Part shown: one piece after another, positions 37,201-50,100 of the stretch
How the letters are laid out: each line of letters begins with the position of its first letter
Position numbering within the stretch: the stretch's first letter is position 1
Program-made: the position numbers and the translations under genes
The notes under the pieces: model-generated
What the model was told of the DNA's origin: nothing
Seen by the model: the letters and a program-made list of their open reading frames with translations, nothing else
Databases searched by the model: none
Assembly: GCF_964194025.1 (NCBI RefSeq)
Contig: NC_134470.1
Coordinates: 7,502,001-7,566,000, forward strand
Reading direction: 5' to 3'
Origin: Convolutriloba macropyga
Lineage: Eukaryota
Length of the DNA stretch: 64,000 bases

Positions 37201-40049
37201 AAACAAGATTCACCATTTATGAGACCAAAAACAGCGTCCCTTCTTCACACCGACTCGGTCTCGAACCCATGCCCCTCGTTTCACAGACACAAGTCTAATC
37301 CCTTGCACTACCGACGCCTGTTACTGTCGTTTATCCGTTGAGGCTACATACGAATATTGGTCGATGGCTTTTTGTCGCGCTTGTTTTTGCTAAGCCGCAC
37401 GCATATTGAGCAAAAAAAACATTTACAGATCAGGCACTTAAGCATGGTCGTGTAGGCTGCATGTTTAAGGATCGCTAAAACACGTGAAGATAGGAGCGTT
37501 GCTAACCATTGCGTTCAAATGCGACTTCCATTTAATATATTAGAAGATATAGGAAGAATCAATAAGAAGGGAAATAAAGAACGCAGCAAGAAGGAAACAC
37601 AGTAGTGGATGAAAAACAAGATTCACCATTTATGACACAAAAAACAGAGGCAATTTCTGGCACCGACTCAGGCTCGAACCCAAGCCCCTCGCTTCACAGC
37701 CACAGGTCTAATCCCTTGCGCTACCGACACCTGTTACTGCTGTCTCTTGAATTGGCTACATACGAAAAATATTGGTCGATAGCTTTCAGTCTCACTTGTT
37801 TTTTCTTAAGCTGTGTGCTTAATGTGCAAAAAAAACATTTGCAGATCAGTCAGTTAAGCATGGCCGTGTAGGCTGCATGTTAAAGGATCGCTAAAACATG
37901 TGAAGATAGGACGGTTGTTAACCATTGTGTTCAATTGCGACTTACATTTTATATATTAGATATAGAAGAATAAATAAGAAGGGAAATAAAGAAGCGAGCA
38001 AGAATGAAACACAGTAGTGGATGAAAAACAAGATTCACCATTTATGAGACAAAAAACAGAGGCCATTCTTTGCACCGACTTGATCTCGAACCCATGCCCC
38101 TCGCTTCACAACCACAGTTCGAATCCCTTGCACTACCGACGCCTGTTATTGTTGTCTATCCGTAGTGGCTACATACGAAAATTGGTCGATGGCTTTTTGT
38201 CTCGCTTGTTTTTGCTAAGCCGTATGCTTAATGAGCAAAAAAACACTTACAGATCAGGCACCAAAGCATGGTTGTATAGGCTGCATGTTTAAGGATCGTT
38301 AAAACATGTGAAGATAGGAGCGTTGTTAACCATTGCGTTCAAGTGCGACGTACATTTAAAATATTAGATTCACGCTTATAAACTCAAATTTATGTGAGAT
38401 CAACGCTAAATTCAACGCGAAATTATCTGAGATCAACGTTAAATTCTACGCAAAATTATGTGGGATCAGGATCAACGCTAAAACTCAACGCAAAAATATG
38501 TAAGATCTACGCCCCAGCATGAATTCAAGGTGTTCACCGCATTCTTGCGTTTCTTGCATTTTTTGTTACATAAATTTGAGTTTTTTATTGTTGACACTTC
38601 GGACCGGGTAGAACAGATGGTTCCAACAAACTTCCTATTCGAGTTTTGAAAAAGAAGACTTGATTACTTCGAAGAGCCCTAAAATAACTCGAATTTATTC
38701 ATTGTCAAGACATTTTTGAGGACTGTGCTCTTATTTCATATAGATTTTCTGTTTTGTCTCGCCTAAAAACAGTTTTGCTCGGTTTGTGAAATTCATTTTT
38801 GTTCATAGCCGCGTTTTAATTTTGATGCACGTACCTCCTAAAAAGTTATCAATTTTAAGATAAATCCAATTTCTTCTCATTTTTCGTTTCCCAAATATTG
38901 TTTTCGAACGTTGTCTTTTATTTTCCTCAATCAACGAATCCTCTCTTCAATTGAATATTCATTAGTTTAATTGGAGCTACTGTAAAAACAATTGAGAAGT
39001 TTGTTAAAAATTTCAAGACTTATGTTTTCGTTTCTGTGTTCTGGTGAAATAAAAAACCATCAATAAAGCTTTTTATAGAAACAGCATAACAATTTGTAGG
39101 TTTGATTTAGCATAACAATTTGTCAATATCTATATTAAAAATAATCGTCAAATTCAAAATTAAAGTTTGAAATAATCAAAACTGTCGACATAGTGAGTTA
39201 GTTAGATTCACAAAGATTCACAATTCTCAAAGAGATAACTAGAAAATCAAAAAAGCAAAATCCATTAATCTGCCGTTTCCTGGTTGGTATTTTAAAAATT
39301 TCCCATATCCCCCTCAGAACTTTGAAGTGTTAGGTTTTTCGAAACTTGTAAAATTTTTTCTTCTTTATTTCTGACTATTTATATGTATCAAAACTATCTT
39401 TGTTTTTGAATATTTATGTGTATCACAACTACAATTTAAGAGCTAAAAAGCGCATTTGTTTTTTCTCTCCAAAAAATGTGAAGAAAATTTTGGTGGAGAC
39501 AAAAAGAACCTTCCTCGCATAAATATTCTCCCTTTTTTGAAAATGTTATAAGGAAAAACTAAACTTTGAAAATGAACGCGAAGGCTGTCACCAATTTTTT
39601 GCATGAGCATTGGGGAAAGAGCTTATTGACCTTGGTCATGTAATGCAAACTATATTAAAGTGGGAAGTTAGGCATCAAAGTTATGCGTGAAGAGGTTGCA
39701 AAGTAGGACACTGGTGCTTAACGAAAGTGGCATATAAATAGACTGCGATGTTCGAAAAATCTCTCACCGGTATCCAACCATGACTTCTGTCACTTCTATG
39801 ACCTCTGGCATACTTTTCCTTGTACTCCACCGGCTCGCGAAAAAAGTCCCCCACTATCTGGTTCAACTGGCGCACTTCTTCAGCTGTCAAGCCAGAATTC
39901 TTCAGGTACAGAAACCCGGTGGTCCGGAAAGCGTCCATAACCTGTCGAGAGATTTCAGAAAGAGTTTCGGTTTTGATTTCGTCATTTGGAACCTCAGTTG
40001 AAAGAGGTGTTAAATCAATTGTTGGTACAACTGCGAATTCTGTTGCCAT
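31283..40049 (-). CDS. 2OG-Fe(II) dioxygenase, IPNS-like (paralog B), 343 aa; complement(join(31283..31691,32211..32373,34104..34281,39768..40049))
   Basis: MATEFAVVPTIDL...GFLYLKN...HGWIP|gtgaga; TEFIDPNKPMDLKEAFN; LRCLYYP...RCGEHADFG; TITLLISED..GLQV..VNVGAILERWT..ARHRV..RQSFGFF; GT-AG, 1032-nt open frame. Confidence 0.94.
34960..38370 (-). repeat. Tandem array of about 410-460 bp units, each with a tRNA-derived core
   Basis: Anchor TTCAAGTGCGACTTACATTT at about 35133, 35591, 35729, 36187, 36642, 37102, 37514, 37930 and 38338; tRNA-like cores (minus) at about 35324, 35925, 36375, 36833, 37246, 37658 and 38071. Confidence 0.92.
37658..37731 (-). pseudogene. tRNA-like sequence (best array copy; GTG at the anticodon position; anticodon stem unpaired)
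   Basis: GGTGTCGGTAGCGCAAGGGATTAGACCTGTGGCTGTGAAGCGAGGGGCTTGGGTTCGAGCCTGAGTCGGTGCCA: A box, B box GGTTCGA, wobble-paired acceptor stem. Confidence 0.6.
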
Positions 40050-40655
40050 TTTGTGGTAAAGCCTCAATTGACGACAATTCCTAAACTCCAAGTTTTGACG
40101 AACTAACTAATTAAATGTCAATCTTTATGTTGACTATTGGTATTAATTTTAAAGCTTGCTTGGTTACGCCGCTAACTAGTGTTGAATCGTCCAGTCATCA
40201 ACGCAGTTTATGAACTTAACTAACCTTCAATGGCTTCTTGTGTTAAAGATAGTCAAATGAACAACAATCATATTGTGTAAAACAAAGTTTGCAAGTAAAT
40301 TTCCGCGAACAACCAAGAAGTACAAAACTAATACCAAATATGCCTTTTTTGCAAATATTTCTAATAGTTGGATAATTTGCAACTATGTGTAACTTTCCAT
40401 AGTCCCACTAAGCTCGATTGTTTAAATTCTGATAATTAAAGGTCAAATTGCAATTAATTGCAAATTTTCTCCCATATAAGATCAAATAACCGAACATTCA
40501 GTCTTGGGTCAAAATTTGAGCTCTATGCTGGGTTAAATTGTGATTGGTGCAGAAGTACAAATGACGTCATTTATGAGCTTAAACGTTAAGAAGCCACAAA
40601 ACTGAAAAACAATGGCGATTACGAATAAAAAATTGAATGAGCAATGAAGCATGTA

Positions 40656-40806
40656 TAGTCAGTCCCATAAAGTTGCAACGCTATCGAACGTTTGAAAGGT
40701 CAAAGTTCAATTTTAAAACATGCAGATATCTGGCCAACAGATGCTCATTTGCATGCCCCGAGCTTTTCGAACGTTCGCTTGCGTTGCAACTTTATGGGAC
40801 TTACTA
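40656..40806. mobile_element. Tc1/mariner-type MITE (151 bp)
   Basis: TIR TAGTCAGTCCCATAAAGTTGCAACGC / GCGTTGCAACTTTATGGGACTTACTA with TA flanks. Confidence 0.85.
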
Positions 40807-40899
40807 TAAGTGTGTTACTCTTAGCCACGTAGACTTTGTGCTGTTGGTTTTTTAACAACATCCTAAAAGCCAGAAGGTTATTTTTGCTTTTTCGCACGT

Positions 40900-43040
40900 A
40901 CATCATTAGAAATGTTCGTTTTAATTTGATTTAGCATGTCCGAAATAGCAAGCTTAATATGGCAATTTAACGATTTAACGGTAAAATAATTGTAAAAAGT
41001 GTTGATATATTAAAAAAAAGTATATCAATGGTTGGACGAGTTGAATTTGTCTTCCAATAACTTTCAAAAGAGAAATAAATATGTCTGGATAAACAATGTC
41101 TTATTCAGGTGTCGTATCTCAGTGTTTTCTGTCGTGAGGCGTCTTTTGCTGCTGGTTGTTATCAACGACATCCAATATTTCTTGCTAAATAAATAGTTAT
41201 TTGCCGACGATTTCAAAAAAATACCAACTCTTTAATTTAGAAGAATTTTTCTGAAGATATTTTGACTTTTTTATGGCCGTTTTAAAAAACTATATTGACA
41301 TTTGCTTTTGGCTTTAGTTAACGTTGTTGTTGTTGTTGTTCCATTTTGCTGGCTGGTTGTATTGCTCCAGAGTCTGATTAATGGCGATTATATTCGTCCC
41401 TCTAACTGGGCATTATTTAGTTAGTTGTGTCGTTTTTGTTTGTACAATTTTTTCCACGTACACGCTAAATAATTTTGAACAGATCAAGCCATGATTCGGC
41501 ATCAAAAAGATTGTGTGCAATATAAAGACTTTGGAAAAACATAATGCAGTTAAAAAATATTACTGAATGTCGAAAAAAATTTTGAAGATCATCAAGGTAA
41601 TAACAGTTGAGATCAAGAGAAAGGCAAACACAGTCATATATTTGGTATCTTCTACTATAAACTGAATTGCCAACTGCACGCAAGAAGCTGCAATAGTCGA
41701 ATAATCGAAAGCTTGTACTGGTTACACTGTCCAAATTTAAAAACGGGATGAAAACGCTATACGCCAAATCAAGCGAGTTACCTGAAAAACCTCCAGAGCC
41801 TGCAGTGGTCAAAAGCAAGATAGGAAACGTTTTCAAGTTACACCAAGAAATGAAAAGAATTTAAATTGCTGCCGTTGTGCCTTAACACCAAAATGCAGGA
41901 TTTGTTGTTACTAATCTCAATAATCAAGCCCAATTGTGAATATTGATGTGATAAAAGACCTGGATTCGGCAACAATTCGAGAAAGCCATGAGCAATGAAA
42001 AAGAAATCGAGGTGTTTATAAAGAATCCTGCTTTCAACTGGTACCCTGATTTTTTAAATATTCCAAATGGAATGCAAGTAACTTGTTCCTGAAACGTTTG
42101 GAAAATTATAATTTCAACTCAGAGGAACTAAAATTGTAAAAAAGCTGATGCATCGTTGAGAAAAACGAATTTGTCATCCAATAAATTTCTGAAGAGAAAT
42201 AAATATGTCCGGATAAACAATGACTTAATTAGGTGTCAAATGACTGAAGTGTAGTACATCAGTGTTTTCTGTCGTGAGACATCATTTGTTGCTGGTTATC
42301 TACGTCTTTTGTTGCTGGTTGTGGTTGTCCTAGAGTCTCATTAGTAGCAATTATCATCGGCCCTCTAACTAGGCATTCTTTACTTCGTTGTGTGGTTTTA
42401 GTTTCTACAAGTTGTTTCCAAAAACACGCCAAATATTTTTGAACAAATCAAGCCCTGATTAGGCATCGGAAGAATTCGAAAATTGTGTGCAATTTAAAAA
42501 AATTGAAACATAATGCAGTTAAAAACATTACTGAATGTCAAAAAAATTTTCGAAGATCATCAAGTGGATAACAGTTGAGATCAATAGATAGACAAACAGA
42601 ATCAAAATTTTGGTATCTTCTTCTATAAACTGGATTGCCAATTGCACGCAAAAACCTGCCAATATCAAAAAATCGAAAGCTTGTACTGGTTAAACTGTCA
42701 AAATTACAGAACGGGAGAGAGAAAACATTTTCAACCAGAATTTACGTCAAGAAAAGAAAAGATCCTAAATTGCTGCCGTTATGCCTTAACAGCAAAACAC
42801 ACCATATGTTGTTGCTAACCTCAATAATCAATTCCAATTGTGCACATTAATGTGGTAAAATATCTGGATTCCGCAACAATTCGACCAAGCCATAAGCAAT
42901 GAAGAAGAAATCGAAGTTCTAATAATGAATCGTGTTTTCAATTGGTGCCCGGAATGTTCAATTATTACAACTAGACTGCAAATAATTTGTTCTCCAAATT
43001 TTGGAAAAATTCCTATAGTAATTTCAACTCAGAGAGACAG
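40900..43040 (+). pseudogene. Decayed CR1/L2-like LINE reverse-transcriptase relic plus a second diverged partial copy (42166-43040)
   Basis: SGV...LLLLVVINDI and LFADDFK (about 41198-41218), KACTGYTVQI, KLLPLCL; 41040-42128 is colinear with 42166-43040. Confidence 0.65.
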
Positions 43041-43486
43041 AAGATTCGTTCCATAAAAGTTTCCAAGTATTCGAAGTAAATTTGTAAGACTCAAAGTAAA
43101 CGTTATGTTAATTCTCAGTGAAACGACAGAGATGCACAGATTGGACCGAAAGCTAAAAGAAACACGAAAAAGCAAAGAAGAGATTATCTAGAATTGGCCG
43201 GTCAAAGTGCACAAAAATGCTTAAAAGACTATTTTGTGATTGATTGTCGCGTATTTTTTGTTATTTGTCAAGAGATTTTATAACAAATACATTGACGTGC
43301 ATTAAAAGAAGACTTTTGCTCCCAAGCTCAAGCAAGAGACCCTTAACAGAGCAAACTGTTTAGCACAAACATGGGTAGAGTACTACGCTTCATATATAAG
43401 AATCAAAGTCATGGCATTTGCGTACAGATGACAGAATTCGTAGAAAATATTCTTGAAAAGTTAGGTTTTTTCAAAAGTGCCAATTC

Positions 43487-43686
43487 NNNNNNNNNNNNNN
43501 NNNNNNNNNNNNNNNNNNNNNNNNNNNNNNNNNNNNNNNNNNNNNNNNNNNNNNNNNNNNNNNNNNNNNNNNNNNNNNNNNNNNNNNNNNNNNNNNNNNN
43601 NNNNNNNNNNNNNNNNNNNNNNNNNNNNNNNNNNNNNNNNNNNNNNNNNNNNNNNNNNNNNNNNNNNNNNNNNNNNNNNNNNNNNN
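43487..43686. other. Assembly gap (200 N)
   Basis: Run of exactly 200 N. Confidence 1.
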
Positions 43687-44182
43687 AATTCTGTTCGGGA
43701 GGCGAAAAGAAGCAATTTCATTTTTTTAATGAACTCTTAAATTCTCTCGAAATTCTAAAAAGTTTAAAAGACTCGACTTTATGAAAAGTCTTACAACGTT
43801 ATTATAGCTGAAGTACCGTTTACATGTACTTTTTGTGGCATATAAACCCCTGGGCAGTGCAAAGCTGGAAAAATAAGGAAAACTCTAACTACATTATCAG
43901 CTAAGTTACGGATTTTGACATGCTGTAATTGTAAAGTTGCCGGCTTTGTCTCTGTTCGACACAAATCTGAAGTTTTTAAAGGTAGTCGAAGTCGATGACG
44001 CCGCTTATTGCGGACCCAGACACAAGGACCGCGCTTTCGGTTGACATCAAACTCTAAGACGCGTTCTATATTCGATCCAAAGTAATATCTTATTATCGGT
44101 CAATCGTTTTTAATAACTAGGCCTCAATTAGAATGAACTTCTTTAATTGCTATGAAAAAAATCATTATCGAAGTTGAATTGT

Positions 44183-47100
44183 TTAGTATATAGCGCTCAA
44201 TTTTTTCATCAAGTACTGAATAGATGTCACTGGTTCATACTTGGGGTCTTTATCGTAGGGCTCAATCACAGTTTCGTCATTCGGAAACACGAAGTAGGCA
44301 ATCGACTGTCTTTCGGGAATTCCTTCAACGTCTCCGAAATCTTTGTCAAAAATGACGCGATGTTTGGCAGATGTGAGTTCATCATTAGTCCATCGTTGCA
44401 TGAGGTCACCCAGATTGACCAAAATGTAGCTGGCGTCTTCAGCTTTGGAAAGGTTCACGTATTTCCCATCTCGGTTCTTCACCTGCAGTCCGGAAATGTC
44501 CTCGGAGATCAAAAGGGTGATTGTGCTGAAAACAATAGTTTGGTTACAGTTTTTCCTTCAAATAATCACGTACGAAAGAGTTTACTGAAAATGTTTATGA
44601 AACCAAGATTGGACTACAGACCACAGTTTACTGCGACTAGAACGTATATAACCCGATTGTGGACTTATATCCTATTGAGGGACTAAGTTTTGGTGATCCG
44701 CGGGGGGGGGGGTGTTTACTGAGATTTCGATTCAAAACGTGCTATAACAACTTTTTTTCTGGAAAACTAATAGTGCTACAGAGAATCTAATATTAAGGGC
44801 TCCAAATAATTTCTACACACTATTATTTAGTAGATGAGGACCGTGGGAGAATAAACGATCATTTAATTCGAGACAAATTCTAGGCATTTTGAACTAAAGG
44901 GACAGCGCATAAAAACTTCTACAGCGCCCGGAAAGGAAATGCCGTCACCCTATTACAAAAACAGAAGAAATGAGGAAAAGTATAGGAACCACTAATTTGA
45001 TCGATTTTCAGAATAAACAAGGCGGCTCGGTAATGTGCAATGGCACATAAGGTTCCGACCCCGCCCATCCACAATTTTGGCATAATTGTCTACCAAATGA
45101 GGAACAGATAGAAAAACCCAAAAATTATTTTTTGCGAATCCCAAAAAAGCCCAAGTCTTTTTCAAAAAATTCTGTATGAACGATAAGATAACCTCCAAAA
45201 CAAATAACTCAGTGGAGTTAAAATTGATGCATTAGATTGCTGTAATATGTCAATATTAAGAAAGCGAGTCAAAACGAACAGCAAAATCAAACAACAACAA
45301 CAAACATTAATTATATCAAAAAATTTATGTCCCTCTTAAAAACTAAATTTAATAACAAAGTCAACATACCGTCAGATAAACCTGAAACTAAACAAAAATA
45401 ACTTATAAATCACCAGAAAACATATGCGACCAGTCCATAAAAAGGTTTGGTAACAATTATACAAAAAAGAACAAAAACAGAAAAGTAAAAAAAATTAACT
45501 TATTTTTTTGAAACAATTAACTTCAAAGTATTAAATACCATTAGGAATAAATTAATATCACCACAAATTTGCGATAACCACTGCTTCCATAGAAGGGCAT
45601 TAGGACCTGACCTTATTCATTTTTTAGAGCGGCTAAAAAGAACAACAAAGAACAAACAAAATTTCAATTAAAACTTGCCAGAAAACGCTGTCAAAACCGT
45701 CAAGCCAAATTTTGGCACTCAAAATATATTTGATTGCGCCTTCTTCAAACAGCTATAATGTAGTACGTGGCCATTCATTAGTAAGACTAGGTAACAAGTA
45801 GACAAAAAAGCGAAGTGCTAAAGTATGTAATACTTTTAATTTTTTTTTCGAAACAAAATTACATTCAATGTCATGAAAGGCATTAATTACAAAAAGTGCT
45901 ATTTAAATATCGTCGTTTATTCATGAAAAGGAAACCCTGGAGACCTGTAATTATCCAGAATATTTCTTGCATCTACAAAAAGAACGTCAAATATGACAAA
46001 AATCAAATTAATTTAATTTTTTTTGTGAAAAAGCGGTGTCGAAGCCAGTAAGGTCATAACAAAATCTTTAAAAAAAGATTTTGGGACACCAATTCCTTTT
46101 CTTCCCTTGACACCCAAAATGTAATATTTGACCTGTAATCAACTAACGAGATTAGGTAACAAAAAGAAACATAAAAAGAACAAAATTGCGAAGTTAAAAA
46201 AGTTTTTTTTTAATTTTGGAGAACGATGGGTTTGAAAGTCATAAAAGCCATCAGCTATCTGCTAATATCAGAATATCGGTTTTTCTATTCTTCCATGAAA
46301 AGCCAATGAAAGCTATCACTATACAGGAAGTTTCATACGACCGAAACGACAAAGTATAAATGACAGTTAAGACAAAATTAAAAAATTCAATTGATTTCTT
46401 CAAGAAAGAGGCGTCGAGGCCATTAAAACGATAATTTGTACCTTTCCGGATTTTAATATGTTCAATTGTGTTTTAATTTGAATGCTAATAAGGTGACATG
46501 AGAACTGTCAATAATGTGATAATGTGACAAAATTAGAAAACGTGAAAAACTGGCAAATATCAAAACAAACAAAAATCTAAAATCTTGTAGTATCAAAGCC
46601 AGAAAACAATAATTTCAGGCTCAAAACTGCAACCGAGAATAAATGTTAACTCAGTAGAAAGAAGAAGCAGTTTTTTTTTTGCTGACACTAAGCTGGAAGT
46701 TGAACAAATTAAGAAAAAAATAGAGGAAAAGTTAATTAAGCCATTATTTATTGAAAAGTCAATTATTTTTAAAAAAGAAACGACCAAAAACTTTCAATTA
46801 AAAAACTAAATGCATTAGCCTGGAGCTGTTTCCCAAGCGAATTGGTTGGACCTATCACTCCTGAGCTTTGATTTGATTTGTTCTGTTCTTTATTATTAAA
46901 AAAAAAAGTCTTTTTTTTTAAAAAAAAAGACCGACTGATTACAACCCGATTTTTTTTGGATTGTAACAGTCCAAGAATGGCCCAAAACTACCCCTGTTAA
47001 TACTTATTGTCCGTTAAGAACAATTGATTTTTCGAATGATGTAGATATAGATAATTTCTGAGTTGAAACTCAAAATAAATTTTGCATTTTTGATAATCAA

Positions 47101-50100
47101 CGAGTAAAGTTAGCAAAAAACGGCAAAGTTTTAACTACAAGGCACTCTCTGCGGACTCTGAAGTAGAAATAGCCCCCCTCTGAGTCTACAAAGATTGTAT
47201 GAGTGTTGTTTGGGGGTGCACTGTAGGCAAATTTAATCAAAGTGGACTAAAGTAGCTTATTTCGTGCTGTTGTTGATGAAAAAGGCTAAATTTTGAAATG
47301 TTTATCCAGATTTTTTGACCAAAAAATTAAATCAAAACAATCAAAAATGCTTGTTCGTCTTCAAAAATAAAATCAACGACACTATTCTTAAAAATTATAA
47401 CAAATTTTAGCAAAATTGACGAAAATTTAGGCAAAAATTCCGGAAAATGTGAATAAAAACAACGTGAATTCACTCTTCTTTTCTCAGAAGTTTAAGCCTC
47501 GATAACTCCCTGTAGAAAACGAAAATTAAAAAAATCTTTTTAATTCTATATTCTACGCTGGACGAGCTTTCTAATGATACCAGTCTCAACTCTCTACGAT
47601 GAATATATCGAGCGGCGAAAATTCACGGAACAAAAAAAAACCCAGTTGAGTATATAGTTCCTCCCCCCTCAAGAGGGTCGGAACAATAATTAGTTCAGCA
47701 GTTCAAGGTCATATGCAAGTTAACTACCAGAGGCGATTTAGCTAACGTTTTTAAAATAAATTAAAAGAAAACGCAAATTAAATTTTAGTTCATTTTGAGT
47801 TCACATTTCAGTCTTTTAGAACTTTTGGGCTGACGAATTTCTTTGTTTTTTTTTCACCGCAATTGTTTATATGGAATGGTATGGGTAAACAAAACAAGTA
47901 ATCAAATGATTTCAGCTTTTCCCTTTTTCCACAATTCGACTAAATCCAGCGAATTGTCTATGAAATAGTTGTTCTGAAACAATGACAAAGTTCACCGAGG
48001 GGGGGCAAAAAACCACAATTTTTTTTAAATTTTCTAATTCCATCCAAATAGCATCTAAATAAATACTTAGATGTACTTAGAATAAAGAGTCGAAAATACC
48101 AGTCACTCCATTTAGAAGAATCATTTCCGAAATAAATTCTGAACAAAATGAGAAGGAATTAAGGATACTGATGGTCCCAAAAAATCTTGTCTCAAGTCGG
48201 TGCAAATAATTATCAAATGCGAGATGAAATTTCACCACTAACAAAAAAACAAGATTTTCTTCCGTTTTTGACAACGATATTTGATTTTTCTGACCCGTTA
48301 ACTCGCGATCTGTGTGAACAGTTTTTTGCGTAAACAACTGTAAACAAATTAGTTCATACGTAAGAAGAGCCCAAAAAGTAGCCCAAAAATTGGGAGCCAT
48401 CCATTACAACTAATAAAAATAAGATTAAAAACCGCCAGATTATAGAGCGCCAGATTTTCCTAAATACAGTTTCATCAGATACTCAAACTTCCAGCAATTT
48501 AAAACTTGCAAAATGCTCGTTTCAAGCAAAGTTAGGCAGGCGGCTCTGCGCTAGAGTGACTTTGATAGTTAGAGTGACGTAAGCTGTACGAATAAAACGA
48601 AAACGTGATGAAGGCAAAAAAAACTTAAAGTAAAAACTCCTTTTCAGGAAATTGAAAACAATACATCCGGGATTTTTAAAACTCCGGTATAAAGATCGAA
48701 TTAATTTTAGCGTAATAAGTGTAAATAAAATGTTGTAAATGTGATTTTAACTGTAAATAATTTCAAAAATTCGTCGTTGTTTTAACTAATTTCTTTGAAT
48801 TAGAGTCAAAGACAAGTTAAATAATTTGTAAATAATTTTATTTGATTTTTAAACCTGACGATGAACGCATTGTTAGAAAACGTTCGTTTTTTTAAATCAA
48901 TTTAACTTTTAATTGACAATTCCTTTTTCTCTGAAAAGAAAACTTAAATTATCACGAACTAGTTGGCTAAGTTCTGTCACTTTCTGGTTCTCGCACTTGA
49001 GTAATTTTTACTTATGATTCTCCCAACGGCTATCGGTTTTATTTCTATAATTCAAAACCACGAACATAACTAATAACCAATTTTTGGATCTATTCTGTTT
49101 CGCAACCCCCCCCCCCAGTGTTTTTATGACCCCCAGCTACAAATTATATGCTGCTATATAGCACGATACTATGTAAGAAAATAGCACGTGCGCCTGGGGG
49201 TCATAAAAAGTTTATGCCAAATAAGCTGGGGGGGGGGAAACAGAATAGATCCCAATTTTTTTATTGGAGGTGATTCGAAATTACGCTTTGTGAGTGAAAA
49301 GAAGAATGCTAGTCATCGATACATGCGTCTGACAATCTAGAAAGCAAAAATAATATCACTATTATTTTTACCCGTAATCACTGTGTTCACCACATCTTGT
49401 TTGACCTTGCTTGACCTGCTTGACCTCTGAGTGGGAGAGGGGAGGGTAGTAGTTGCACCTCATGGCTGTTATATTGATACGCTCTCCAATTCCAGAGTAG
49501 TACTGCGTGAAGAAGTCTGGCTTCAAATCCAAGCCTGAAACCAAAAAAAAAAGATTTTTCCGTTTGTGAAAGGGTTAGTGGGTGCATAGATCTTTTCTGT
49601 TTGTGCCTCAGAATGCCTAAGGAGTGCATATTATTTGCGCCCATCAGAAACACATGCCATGTTTTTACATAGTGATTTACTATGTAATGGCACGTGTTTT
49701 TTTAACAGGGGCGCCTAACACATGCATAACGTGCTGTGGGTGGGTGTGGGGGCGGGGTACACCCGGGTGGGGGTTTGACGGTGAATTTTCGTAAGAAACG
49801 TGGTAAAATGTGGTGAAAAAAAATAATTTTCACCGCGTGTTTTTTACATCTTTTTGCAGTGAATGCGGTGAATTGCGGTAAATTATTTTTGTTCACCGCG
49901 TTCTCGGTAGCGGTGAATTATTTTTTTTCACCGCTTGATGCAATGAATTATTTTTTCATCGCATCTAGCGGTAATGCTAATTTTGTGGTTTAAAGTTATC
50001 GCTTATATGCGCTTTCAGATTTATAGTCAAAGTTCAGAGGTGCCCTGGAAAATAAATTACCAAACTAACCAATGCCAAATTACTTTATCATCACACTACA

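Larger units (their letters stand above)
34328..38608. mobile_element. Putative non-autonomous TIR element enclosing the tRNA-like tandem array
   Basis: Degenerate ends ACCGGCCGGAGG / CTTCGGACCGGG flanked by TA; subrepeats TTACATAATTTTGCG (34410-34500) are inverted relative to CGCAAAATTATGTRAGATC (38385-38510). Confidence 0.5.

Noticed and set aside
35134-38292. Lys/Glu-rich and Phe-rich short ORFs
   Set aside because: Translations of GA-rich linkers in the tandem array; frames are not conserved between units
34960-38370. CRISPR-like array or functional tRNA-His gene cluster
   Set aside because: Units are 410-460 bp and homologous throughout with no unique spacers; the context is a eukaryotic intron; D and anticodon stems do not pair
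43371-43784. ORFs crossing the N run
   Set aside because: Artefacts of the assembly gap
44174-44686. 170-aa plus-strand ORF
   Set aside because: Antisense to exon 4 of paralog C; no recognisable motifs
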